From contig OMIX01000089.1 in the NCBI GenBank assembly GCA_900299195.1, positions 2,892-66,891 on the forward strand: a stretch of 64,000 nt of DNA, written 5' to 3'. The position numbers were made by a program, and so were the translations under genes. Shown in pieces: positions 36,314 through 45,822 of this stretch (position 1 is the first letter of the stretch; each line of letters opens with the position of its first letter). The notes under the pieces were generated by a model, which worked only from the letters and a program-made list of their open reading frames with translations, ran no database searches and had not been told where the DNA came from. The stretch is from Deltaproteobacteria bacterium (GTDB lineage: Bacteria; Bdellovibrionota; FAC87; UBA2466).

Positions 36314-37687
36314 TTACCCTTTCGATGAAGTTTTAGATTGGGGTCGAACAATAACAACAGAACGAGATTCTTTTTTCAAAAAGTTTTTGGCAGCCTCTTT
36401 TAAATCCTGAGGTTTAAGTTTTTTAAACTCCTCAATAATTTCAAATCCCCTCAGGTAATTGCCACTCACCATTAAATAATCTCCCAACATATTTGCCATC
36501 GAAGAGTTGTCTTCAATCATACCGTAGAGAGACAAAAGTTCTTGGTTTAAAGCTCTTTCAAATTCTTCCTTTTTAATAGTTTGGCTTTTTAACAGGCTGA
36601 CTTCTCGATCAATGATCTCAATCGCCTCTTCTGCTCGATGTTTTTCCGCCAACGAAACAGAAAACTCGAGATAGTCCGGAACATTGCTCACCCCACAACT
36701 TGCTGAAACTGCAATTCCGGTATCTACCAATGTCTTTCTTAATCTTGACTCCATTCCTGTCGAAAGATGCGTACTTAGAAGCGATAATGGAACAATCGAA
36801 GGTGAGTTTACAGGTGGAATTCGATATCCTACCAAAAGAATGTCAGAAGTCGCTTGAGGGTGTTTTTTCTCAACTCGCCTTTCTTTCTTTTGGGAAGGTT
36901 CTTCCGGCATTTGATATCTCGGTATTTCCTGAGATTTCATATCGCCATAATACTTAACGATGAGAGGTAGTAATTCACTCTCCTCAGTATCGCCTACAAC
37001 AATAACGGTTGCATTATTGGGAGAGTAGAACGTTTTATAAAAATATTGGGCTTCTTCCAAAGTAAATCCTTTGATTTCTTCTTCAGTTCCTAAAACCGTG
37101 TACCTAAATGGAGCGACTTCAAAGACGGTGCGATTCAATTCATCCCAGGCTAATCGCCCCGGATTGTCCAAAGCCCGCCTCAACTCTCCAACGACTGCCC
37201 CCTTTTCTTTATCTAAAAGGGCGGCATCTAATTTAAGATTAGCCATTCGATCGGACTCAAGTTCGATTAATTTTTTTAATTGGTTTGAGGGAATACTCTC
37301 ATAGTAGTTGGTTCGGTAAAAATAGGTGGTTGCATTCTGTTTATCGCTTCCAATTCTGGAAGTGATTTCATCAAATTTACCGTCGGGATATTTGTCGGTT
37401 CCTCTAAACATCATATGTTCGAAAAGATGAGCCAATCCTGTCTTTTTAAGTTTTTGATCCATTTTTTCATCAAGAGATCCGATATCAAACCAAGTTTGGA
37501 AGGTCAGGACTTTAGCTTCATGCCTGGGGATCAATAAAACTTTCAACCCATTTGGAAGTTTGTACTCAGAAAGGGTCTCTCCATTGAAAAGTTTTTTATC
37601 GGACACTTTCTCAAAATCAGCTCCGAATACGCCTGAGAAAGTTAGAGCGGTTGCCAGAGTTAAAATATGCCACGATTTTTTATTCAT
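36314..37687 (-). CDS. M16-family zinc peptidase (insulinase/pitrilysin-like), catalytic subunit
   Basis: Inverted zinc-binding motif HLFEH (HXXEH) within GLAHLFEHMMFRGT. Signal peptide. Confidence 0.85.
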   Translation of the reverse strand: MNKKSWHILTLATALTFSGVFGADFEKVSDKKLFNGETLSEYKLPNGLKVLLIPRHEAKVLTFQTWFDIGSLDEKMDQKLKKTGLAHLFEHMMFRGTDKYPDGKFDEITSRIGSDKQNATTYFYRTNYYESIPSNQLKKLIELESDRMANLKLDAALLDKEKGAVVGELRRALDNPGRLAWDELNRTVFEVAPFRYTVLGTEEEIKGFTLEEAQYFYKTFYSPNNATVIVVGDTEESELLPLIVKYYGDMKSQEIPRYQMPEEPSQKKERRVEKKHPQATSDILLVGYRIPPVNSPSIVPLSLLSTHLSTGMESRLRKTLVDTGIAVSASCGVSNVPDYLEFSVSLAEKHRAEEAIEIIDREVSLLKSQTIKKEEFERALNQELLSLYGMIEDNSSMANMLGDYLMVSGNYLRGFEIIEEFKKLKPQDLKEAAKNFLKKESRSVVIVRPQSKTSSKG

Positions 37688-37701
37688 AAGATGTCAGATC
37701 C

Positions 37702-39144
37702 TTACTGTTTTGGAGTTTCAAGTTGATATAAAGACTCATCTTCAGAAAACGCAGGAGCCTTAGGCTCAGAGGCTCCTCCCTCTTTTGAAGAAGGCTCAGT
37801 AGAATTCATTTGATTGCTGTCGGATTCAGGCAATTGTTTTTTAACAGGTTCAGATATTTCAGATTCTTTTGGAATCTCAGTATGGGGATCTGATGGAGTT
37901 AATTCTAAAGAAGAATCAATTTTGGGATCGATAGGCGCCTTGGGCACCAATTTAATCTCAACCTCAGGGCTTCCCCCTTCAATCTTTTTCCCTTTGATTT
38001 TAGATTTGAAAGAGCCATTAGGAGCTCCTAACCCCAGAGCCAAAGTTAAAGCATATCTTCGACTGGGTAAACGACCCGGCCCACTTGACAACTCTTCTTG
38101 ATAAGTCGCGAAATCTAATTTGGCATAGGTCAGGTTAACACCTAATCCCACTGAAACATAACCTTGATGAATACCCGTTCTTACAGTCAACGCTCCTACG
38201 GGAACCTCAATCCCAAGATTTAGATGCTTTAAAATTTTTCCAGACCGAGCCCCCAAATGTGGATCGCTCTCTCCACCTAATTGAAACTCGGCAAGATCAG
38301 CCATCACATGATAGTGATCTACTAAATCACCTCCAGAGAAAACAGAATGCCAACCAATTGAAAAAGTACGGGTAAGACCAGGAGGTTGACCGGTGCTTTT
38401 GCTTCCCATAGAAAATGAGCTTGCAAGCAAATTACTCACTACAAATGAAATTCGATTAGCTTGTCCAAAGTCTAAATAGGGAATGTCGTACATGACTCCT
38501 AAATCAAAATCGATCCCAAATCCAGTTCCGCCAAGATCTTTGGGATTCAAATTCACTTTGTCGCCTTGAACCAAATCAGCCAAAGTTAAATTGACTCTGC
38601 CTCCGCTGCGAAGAATCCCTTTTGCCGTTAATCCGATGTGGGTATATTCATTACCCACGGTTCTTCCATAGCTAACCAGCAGTCCGGAATCGATAATTCC
38701 AGTGAAATCGACACTCGAATCGAGTTCTTTCCCAGAGAGCAAATAATCGGCTTTAACATCTCCTAGCAAAACTCCCACAGCTAAATGCTTCATTAAGAAA
38801 TAAGGTAGAACAGAGCCCCCTAAGTAAAGAGGATCTCCTTGATATTGAGCTAAAGCATCAATCGAATCGGCTAAGGATTTTGAAGACAGAGTCTTTTTAG
38901 TTTCAAAGGCAGCAAAAGTACGATTACCGACTTGACTACCGAAATTCACCATCGATTGTGTTTTACCTTGATAAAGGCTAACGCCGGCGGGATTGTAGAA
39001 CAGTGCGTACTCATCATCCGACCGCCCGTAGAACGCCCCCCCCATTCCCAAGGCGCGAATGCTTCGACTGATACCGTAGAACTCTCTCATCGCGAATGTT
39101 GGGACTACAAAAGATAGACATATGAGAAGGGTCAGTCTTTTCAT
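37702..39144 (-). CDS. Outer-membrane beta-barrel protein, FadL/TodX-like (paralog B), with an acidic/Pro-rich C-terminal tail
   Basis: N-terminus REFYGISRSIRALGMGGAFYGRSDDEYALFYNPAG is near-identical in pattern to paralog A (13651-14988). Signal peptide. C-terminal about 90 aa are low-complexity. Confidence 0.5.
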   Translation of the reverse strand: MKRLTLLICLSFVVPTFAMREFYGISRSIRALGMGGAFYGRSDDEYALFYNPAGVSLYQGKTQSMVNFGSQVGNRTFAAFETKKTLSSKSLADSIDALAQYQGDPLYLGGSVLPYFLMKHLAVGVLLGDVKADYLLSGKELDSSVDFTGIIDSGLLVSYGRTVGNEYTHIGLTAKGILRSGGRVNLTLADLVQGDKVNLNPKDLGGTGFGIDFDLGVMYDIPYLDFGQANRISFVVSNLLASSFSMGSKSTGQPPGLTRTFSIGWHSVFSGGDLVDHYHVMADLAEFQLGGESDPHLGARSGKILKHLNLGIEVPVGALTVRTGIHQGYVSVGLGVNLTYAKLDFATYQEELSSGPGRLPSRRYALTLALGLGAPNGSFKSKIKGKKIEGGSPEVEIKLVPKAPIDPKIDSSLELTPSDPHTEIPKESEISEPVKKQLPESDSNQMNSTEPSSKEGGASEPKAPAFSEDESLYQLETPKQ

Positions 39145-39905
39145 TAGTTGAATGTTTCCTTAAGCGCCCGTCTCACCGTATTCGTATTAGAATCGGTGAT
39201 TCCTGGGATGGATAATAATTTACTTAAGGCCCCTGCCAACTCGGTAAAACCAGCTGCGTTAAGGTCAGCGCTGGAGATCGCTTGGATGTCGGATGCACAA
39301 GCATCAACATCGGGTTTACACATTCCTGGACTTCCCGAAACCAATTCTCCATTGGAATCGCCTCCAATATCTACTGCACTCAAAACTCGATTGGCTTGAG
39401 CGTTAGGTGTTGTACAGTCATTGATATCTACATGAGTCGCTTGAAACATATCAGTCCTAGCCATTCGAATCGCACAATGGGAGAACAGAGCGATCGTTTT
39501 TAAAAGAACTGCCTCTTCTTTGTTACTTAAACTATTAAAATTCACACAATGGGTTTTTGCTAAATCTAAATCGGCCGACTTTCTCGAAGTCCACGGAACA
39601 AATTTTTGGGCGTAATTGGGTAACATTTTACTAGAGTTTTGATTCAAGCTATTAACTAAAACCGTTAAGGTGACTCCCCCTCGACTCAAATAGGTCTGAC
39701 AGAGTTTTTGTTGTTTGAGTGTGTTATCTTCCAATTTTTCATACTGCTCCAGGGCACAATCATAATTGGAATCCGATAAGCATTTTTGCGCCTCTTCAAG
39801 TTTATCCAGATCCGAACCGGTGGTATTAAAGGGCGTGTAAAGGTTGCAAGAAATAAGAGAGAGAATGATTAGCAATAAAATAAAGAAATGTAGGAATGGC
39901 TTCAT
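39144..39905 (-). CDS. Hypothetical lipoprotein
   Basis: Signal peptide with lipobox LISC, Cys-rich mature domain. Its stop overlaps the OMP start. Confidence 0.5.
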   Translation of the reverse strand: MKPFLHFFILLLIILSLISCNLYTPFNTTGSDLDKLEEAQKCLSDSNYDCALEQYEKLEDNTLKQQKLCQTYLSRGGVTLTVLVNSLNQNSSKMLPNYAQKFVPWTSRKSADLDLAKTHCVNFNSLSNKEEAVLLKTIALFSHCAIRMARTDMFQATHVDINDCTTPNAQANRVLSAVDIGGDSNGELVSGSPGMCKPDVDACASDIQAISSADLNAAGFTELAGALSKLLSIPGITDSNTNTVRRALKETFN

Positions 39906-40004
39906 AGCTTTTGTGCGGTATAAGAAAATTTACCACAAAAGCTTATCGAAAAGTATTCAAAGACTTAGAGTTTTATGATGTGGCGAGTTACTAAACGAGT
40001 TTTG

Positions 40005-40580
40005 TCAACAACCCAATCCAAACTGCACAGCCCCCGTACAAAAAGCCGGCCGAACCGGTTGGAGTGAGGGTTGTGTCAAAACATCTCTCTGAACTAATTG
40101 CCAACCCGCTTGTTGAAGTTTTTGAGCACGATCTGAGGTAATTTCAAATCCTCTCGCAACTAAATTAGAGCCGACTCGACTCACAATTCCGCCTAACTGT
40201 GAAATAAACCAAGGTCGGGTTTCAGGATAATTAGCATACTGACCATTCGACATAGTCGAATACATCATAATGAAATTAATTAAATTGTCAGAACACTGCC
40301 CTCCCAAAGAAGGGATTACGGGAAGTCCTCCCCCCATTCCAGCTTGAGGGTTGCTCATCATCATCATGACTGGAGCTAAGCTATTAGCGCCCGATTTTCC
40401 GCATTCTTCTTTTGTTTGTTGGGCTAAAGTAAACATAGTTTGAAGTTGGGCCTGATCGGTAGGGTTATTCAATTTAAGCCCAGGCGGCTGCGGTGGTGGA
40501 GCCGAACTGTCTCCGCATCCAATCATGAAAAGCAGTAAACTTTGAGAAAAGAGAATCAAAATGTGTTTCATAACTAACAC
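40005..40580 (-). CDS. Hypothetical lipoprotein (Met/Gly/Pro-rich)
   Basis: Lipobox MIGC after a hydrophobic signal. MMMMS / GMGGG low-complexity segment. Confidence 0.45.
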   Translation of the reverse strand: MLVMKHILILFSQSLLLFMIGCGDSSAPPPQPPGLKLNNPTDQAQLQTMFTLAQQTKEECGKSGANSLAPVMMMMSNPQAGMGGGLPVIPSLGGQCSDNLINFIMMYSTMSNGQYANYPETRPWFISQLGGIVSRVGSNLVARGFEITSDRAQKLQQAGWQLVQRDVLTQPSLQPVRPAFCTGAVQFGLGC

Positions 40581-40820
40581 TCCAAGCTAAACGGCTAATG
40601 GGACTCTTAATAAGTAAGGCTGCAACCCTGAGGCCACAAATAGACTACGAATAAACAGCTTACAAAGCTCTGAAGTCATTCACTTTTGTTAAGTTTTTAT
40701 GAGGCTGACTAGAACCTAGACAAAGAATATTTAATCGACAACGGCCCTAGAACTTAAAAAAAACATTGTTAAATCAGTATTTTAGGGTGGCTAGCTTTTT
40801 AGCAACCCAAACGACTAGCT

Positions 40821-41765
40821 TCAGTTCGCTTTAAGCTCTCTAGATAATCTTTCTCGAGTATATTCGACAAAGGACTTAATCCCCTCTTGGATAGAAATTC
40901 TAGGCTCCCAGCCAACTCTTTGCGTTTCTGAGATATCGGCCAAAGTTCTAAAAGCCTCTCCCGGCAACTCCGGCTTAAAAATTGGTTCAAGACCCGATTG
41001 GATTTCATTCTCAATCATTTGGAAAATTTCAAGAATGGAATAGTCTTTACCCGATCCCAAATTATAAATTCCCCCTTGAATGTTTTTCTCTCGTACAAGT
41101 TGGAGATGAAATCGATTGATATCATCGACATGAATAAAATCTCTTCTCTTTTCACCCGTTCCGTAAATGAAAGGTCTTTGTCCTTGTAAAAGCTTGATCG
41201 TAAAAGCACTCATGACCGGAGGAATCACTCTCCGCCAATCTTGGGCTGGACCATAAACATTAAAATAACGAACCGTAGAGATATTTAATCCGTAATAGTT
41301 TTTAAAGCCCTCTGCAATTAAAGCCCCGCTTCTTTTACTGCAAGCATAGATCGACATAGGCTTAACCCGATCAGTTTTAGAGGGAAAAGAGTCAATGCCT
41401 TCGTATTCAGCTGAAGTGTCCGAGTAGATCACATGAGGCACTCGATATTCGACACAAGCCTGCAAAACATTCGCTGTTCCCATCACGTTAATTCGAGCGG
41501 TGTCGACTGGATTTTTAGCACAGTCATCCAAACAATTTCTGGCAGCTAAATGAAAAACGGCCGAAGCCCCCTCTACATACCGGCCAAAATCGGAATCGCA
41601 AACGTCGATTTTCTTAAAATCGACTCCCTCTGGTAAATTTTCTAATGTTCCCGCCAAAAGATTATCGATAGCCACTACGAAATAACCTTCCTGCAATAAC
41701 ATCTTACAAAGATTACTTCCGATAAACCCGGCAGCCCCGGTCACGACTATTTTTTCACGCACCAT
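40821..41765 (-). CDS. NAD-dependent epimerase/dehydratase (extended SDR, UDP-sugar 4-epimerase-like)
   Basis: GAAGFIGSNL Rossmann motif, catalytic YACSK, 314 aa. Confidence 0.85.
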   Translation of the reverse strand: MVREKIVVTGAAGFIGSNLCKMLLQEGYFVVAIDNLLAGTLENLPEGVDFKKIDVCDSDFGRYVEGASAVFHLAARNCLDDCAKNPVDTARINVMGTANVLQACVEYRVPHVIYSDTSAEYEGIDSFPSKTDRVKPMSIYACSKRSGALIAEGFKNYYGLNISTVRYFNVYGPAQDWRRVIPPVMSAFTIKLLQGQRPFIYGTGEKRRDFIHVDDINRFHLQLVREKNIQGGIYNLGSGKDYSILEIFQMIENEIQSGLEPIFKPELPGEAFRTLADISETQRVGWEPRISIQEGIKSFVEYTRERLSRELKAN

Positions 41766-42483
41766 CGACGAAACTCCTCATTCGGATCAAACTGAGCTCT
41801 CTAAAGTTTTTTAAGGTTCCCCAGATGGGATGGTACCGAGTATCGCTGTCATTAGACCATTCCACAGGGAATTCAGCATGTTTCAGTTTCAGCTTTTTGG
41901 CGACAAGAAGGGCCTCAATATCAAACATGAAACCATCCGTTTTAACCCGTTCAAAAATCGATAGAGCCGCTTTTTTAGAATAAATTTTAAATCCACACTG
42001 AGTATCAGAGACCTGAACCCCCATAAACCCTTTCACAACCCACCAAAAAACTTTAGAACCCACTTTACGGTAAGTGGGTTGCTCCCGCTTGATTTTTGTG
42101 TCTTTTAATCGACGTGAAGCCAACGCAAAATCGGCCCCACCCTCGATTTGCTCAATCCCTTTGATCAAATAAGAAAAAGGAACACAAAGCCCGCTGTCAG
42201 CAAAAGCTATTAAATCCCCTTGAGCGTTCTTGACCCCATAGCGAATTGCATACCCCTTGCCTCGATTACCCCCATAACTCAAAACACGAAATTGCACTTG
42301 GGGCGTAGAAAACTTTTTACTGAGTTCTTCGGCCACTTTTTGGGTTTCATCTTGGCTCCCATCATTAATTATCAAAACCTCAGATGAAAAAGGCTGGGAC
42401 TCCAAAAAAAGACTCGCCGCATTAAAATCAGCATGGATTTTTTTGGCTTCGTTATAAGCAGGAATAATGAGACTTAATTTCAT
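41755..42483 (-). CDS. Family 2 glycosyltransferase (polyprenyl-phosphate sugar synthase-like)
   Basis: SLIIPAYNE, INDGSQD (DxD-type) motifs, 242 aa. Confidence 0.85.
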   Translation of the reverse strand: MKLSLIIPAYNEAKKIHADFNAASLFLESQPFSSEVLIINDGSQDETQKVAEELSKKFSTPQVQFRVLSYGGNRGKGYAIRYGVKNAQGDLIAFADSGLCVPFSYLIKGIEQIEGGADFALASRRLKDTKIKREQPTYRKVGSKVFWWVVKGFMGVQVSDTQCGFKIYSKKAALSIFERVKTDGFMFDIEALLVAKKLKLKHAEFPVEWSNDSDTRYHPIWGTLKNFRELSLIRMRSFVDGA

Positions 42484-42586
42484 AAGGTTTTGATAACCAA
42501 ATATCCTTGAAAGGGCAACCCTAAGCTAAGTTTCCGGCCTTTTACCTTTGACACCCTAATCCCCCTCTATCTATAGTGCAAAGCTT

Positions 42587-43660
42587 ATGATTATCACTCG
42601 AACGCCTTTTAGATTTACCTTGGGTGGTGGAGGTACAGACCTACCTTCTTATTATAGTAAATACGGGGGTTTAGTGTTCAGTGCTGCGATTGATAAATAC
42701 ATGTTCATTTCAGTGAATCGCCCTATTGTAGATGATTTGGTAAGAGTCAAATACTCCAAATCGGAGTGTGTGGCTTCAGTGAAAGAACTCCAACATGAAT
42801 TAGCTAAAGCGGCTCTTGAATTCACTGGAATCGAAAACGCTATCGAAATCTTGTCGATGGCCGATATTCCCGCTGGGACTGGACTGGGCTCTTCGAGCTG
42901 TTATGTCGTAGGCCTATTGAATGCTCTTCAATGTTTAAAAAGAGATATTCCTACCCAACCCCAACTCGCTGAGACAGCCTGTTACCTAGAAATGGATGTT
43001 CTCAAAAAACCGGTAGGAAAACAGGATCAATATGTAGCAGCCGTAGGCGGGCTTCCCATTCTAGAAATTGAGAAATCCGGAAAAGTGAATGTTCGCCAAG
43101 CTCACGTCTCCTATGAAGTCATGGACGAATTAAACCGAAACACTCTCATCTTTTACACGGGGATGACTCGATCGGCAGACGATATTTTAAAGCACCAAAA
43201 TTCTTCCGTAAAAAAAGATGATAAAGCAGTTACCGAAAGTTTGCACAGGATTAAGGAAATTGGTTATGAAATTATCGAAGCTATCGAATCGGGGAATTTG
43301 GATAGGTTCGGGCTTTTGATGGATGAACATTGGGAAAATAAGAAACGCTTATCCTCAAAAATTGCAGATTCTAGACTTGATAAAATTTATGCTACCGCCA
43401 AAGCCAACGGAGCACTGGGTGGAAAAGTCACCGGAGCTGGTGGAGGTGGTTTTTTTGTTTTTTATACCAGCCATCGGCACCAGCAACTTCGACGAGCTAT
43501 GCAACGAGAGGGGTTAAGAGAACTTCGTTATCGATTTGATACCGAGGGAAGTAAAGTACTGGTCAATTTATCAGATAGTCGAGGTCGTTATGACAACACT
43601 ACCCCGCAATGGAACGCAGTTCCCCATTACACTGATATCGGGATATCGGGGACTTGCTGA
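42587..43660 (+). CDS. GHMP-family sugar kinase, HddA-like (D-glycero-D-manno-heptose 7-phosphate kinase-like)
   Basis: N-terminal RTPFRFTLGGGGTDLPSYY and GHMP ATP-binding motif PAGTGLGSSS. Confidence 0.7.
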   Translation: MIITRTPFRFTLGGGGTDLPSYYSKYGGLVFSAAIDKYMFISVNRPIVDDLVRVKYSKSECVASVKELQHELAKAALEFTGIENAIEILSMADIPAGTGLGSSSCYVVGLLNALQCLKRDIPTQPQLAETACYLEMDVLKKPVGKQDQYVAAVGGLPILEIEKSGKVNVRQAHVSYEVMDELNRNTLIFYTGMTRSADDILKHQNSSVKKDDKAVTESLHRIKEIGYEIIEAIESGNLDRFGLLMDEHWENKKRLSSKIADSRLDKIYATAKANGALGGKVTGAGGGGFFVFYTSHRHQQLRRAMQREGLRELRYRFDTEGSKVLVNLSDSRGRYDNTTPQWNAVPHYTDIGISGTC

Positions 43661-44450
43661 AACAATCCTAGAACAAGCCACTCAAGAAGGCCATCAATTG
43701 TCCGTCTTGGTTAGAAATCAAGGGGCTTTGTCTGAACTTAAAGTAAAATTTCCTGAAGCTTTTTTTTGCATCGGGGATATCAAAAACAAAGTCGACTGTG
43801 AGCGGTGGGTGAACGAGACTCTCAAACGATGGAATCGAATTGATAATCTCATTAACAACGCGGCAATGACTGGCCCCACCGGGAAATTGGAGGAGTTGAA
43901 CTTTTCAGATTTTGAAGAAACCCTTCAAGTTAATTTTTTGGCTCCTATTTTTTTAACTCAATTGGTTCTTCCTTGCTTTCAATTACAAAAAAAAGGCACT
44001 GTCATTAACTTGTCCGGCGGAGGAGCCACGGCTCCGCGACCTTTCTTTGGACCTTACGGGGCAAGTAAATGTGCCCTAGTCAGATTTACTGAATCTTTGG
44101 CTTTGGAGTATCCCGAATTTAATTTTTACTCGATAGCTCCAGGAGCACTGAAGACCCCTATGATGGAGGGCATTTCAAAAACTTCTGCCGATAAAATTGG
44201 GAAAGAACAAGACGAAGCCATTCACCGTATGAAATACGGAGGAGATGATCCTAAGAAGGCTGCACAGCTCATCTTATGGCTATGCCAAAACCAACCTCGA
44301 ATCCTCAGTGGAAAATTAATCAGCGCGAAATGGGATAACTACCTTGAGTACTCATTGAATAACCCTAACATTCCTTATTGGACTTTAAGAAGGGTAGATG
44401 AAGCTTTGATTAAAACTTTGTCAAAAACTGATGGACCCCACTCATGTTAG
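43589..44450 (+). CDS. Short-chain dehydrogenase/reductase (SDR) family oxidoreductase
   Basis: NNAA cofactor-site motif and catalytic YxxxK (YGASK). Start chosen at ATG 43589. The longer track ORF start lies deep inside the kinase gene. Confidence 0.7.
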
Positions 44451-44974
44451 GGAAAGCTCTATTTTTAGATCGAGACGGTATTTTTAATGAATTGGTCTTG
44501 AGAGATGGGACCTACCATTCACCAAGAAACTGGAATGAAGTAACCCATTACAACCTTGAGGGATTAGGACACTTTAAATCTTTAGGTTTTCAGTTGATCA
44601 TGGTCACCAATCAACCCGATATCGAAAGAAAAATCATAGATTCTACTTTTATCGACGAATTGCACCGTTATTACCAAGAACGCTACAGTTTAGATAAAAT
44701 CTATGTCTGCCCCTTTTCTTCAAATGACCACCCTTTAAAAAAACCCAATCCAGGAATGTTTTTCTTAGCTCAAAAAGAATTCCAGTTAGATCTATCTCAC
44801 TGTTTTATTTTGGGAGACACCGAAAAGGATACGTTAGCAGCCCGTCGATGTGGCATGAAAAGTATTTTATGGAACCGAAATTACAATCAAGGTGTTAAGG
44901 CTGACTTTACCGTGGATTCAATCAGTTCTTTACAACAGCTTTTTTGCCGTCTCATCGACCCCGCTTCCATTTAA
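44444..44974 (+). CDS. HAD-IIIA phosphatase, GmhB-like (lacks the Zn-Cys motif)
   Basis: ALFLDRDGIFN (DxDG), VTNQP, KKPNPGM, GDTEKD motifs. Confidence 0.7.
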   Translation: MLGKALFLDRDGIFNELVLRDGTYHSPRNWNEVTHYNLEGLGHFKSLGFQLIMVTNQPDIERKIIDSTFIDELHRYYQERYSLDKIYVCPFSSNDHPLKKPNPGMFFLAQKEFQLDLSHCFILGDTEKDTLAARRCGMKSILWNRNYNQGVKADFTVDSISSLQQLFCRLIDPASI

Positions 44975-45731
44975 ACGAGTCGCCTTTAAGCAGAATTTTA
45001 AAAGTTCCAGGTTCTAAACTGAGATTGTGTTCAGGATTCAAACATCCTACCCAATCCAGATAGGGTTCTTGGGTTTGGGGCTGGGTGTAATCGACTAAGA
45101 CTTCGGTCTTAAGTTGGCTACAGCCAAGCGACCTTATCCCTCCCCCTATCGCTGAGGAGTCTCCAAGACCCGCCGCTAGACTATTTTTGCCGTGAATGAG
45201 TCTTAAAATTAAAGAATCTTTGGCTAGAGCCATGACCTTAAGTTGGGTTTGGGATTGAGAAAAAAGAAAACTTTCTAAGCTCAGACTTTGAAGTGAAATC
45301 CCTCTCTTTAAAAAGATTTCCTTAATGGCTAACCAATCAGCGGTTTCGAGAGAAAGTGGATTTGTTTTGACCTCTTTAATTCTTATTCCGCTGGCCAACA
45401 TATCTTTTAACGCTGAAATCGAATCCGGCCCAAAAGAACTTAATATTAATTGGTCTATATCTTTGATTTTCTGTTTTTTTAGATAAAGCAAAAGACTCCC
45501 GGCTGCCTTTCCTGCATTAATTAAAAAAACCTGTCCGTCTGGCATTTTGACCAATTGAGCCTGAGCGGCATGTGTTTGGGAGTCGGATTTGATTAAGGTC
45601 CATTCAACAAAAGGTCTTTTATCGATCAAGAAGGTAAAGGCTAACAGGTATAAAACAATCCATCCCAAAGCGATGGAGCCCCATTTCAAAAAAAATCTGG
45701 CCCTCTTTTGTTCAGAATGAATTTCTGACAC
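44952..45731 (-). CDS. Hypothetical membrane-anchored protein
   Basis: One N-terminal TM, no clear motifs. Convergent with gmhB-like, divergent from fcl. Confidence 0.4.
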   Translation of the reverse strand: MSEIHSEQKRARFFLKWGSIALGWIVLYLLAFTFLIDKRPFVEWTLIKSDSQTHAAQAQLVKMPDGQVFLINAGKAAGSLLLYLKKQKIKDIDQLILSSFGPDSISALKDMLASGIRIKEVKTNPLSLETADWLAIKEIFLKRGISLQSLSLESFLFSQSQTQLKVMALAKDSLILRLIHGKNSLAAGLGDSSAIGGGIRSLGCSQLKTEVLVDYTQPQTQEPYLDWVGCLNPEHNLSLEPGTFKILLKGDSFKWKRGR

Positions 45732-45822
45732 TAACTTACCTCCAGCGTCATTTGATATCTGTGGTACACTAAAAACGTCCCAATCGTAAGTGAAATAAAA
45801 CTTTAAAAATAACCATTCGAAT

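Noticed and set aside
43536-43588. Upstream extension of the SDR gene as given in the ORF track.
   Set aside because: The extension overlaps the last about 120 nt of the GHMP kinase gene and carries no Rossmann-fold sequence. The internal ATG at 43589 (MTTLPRNG...) is the more plausible start.
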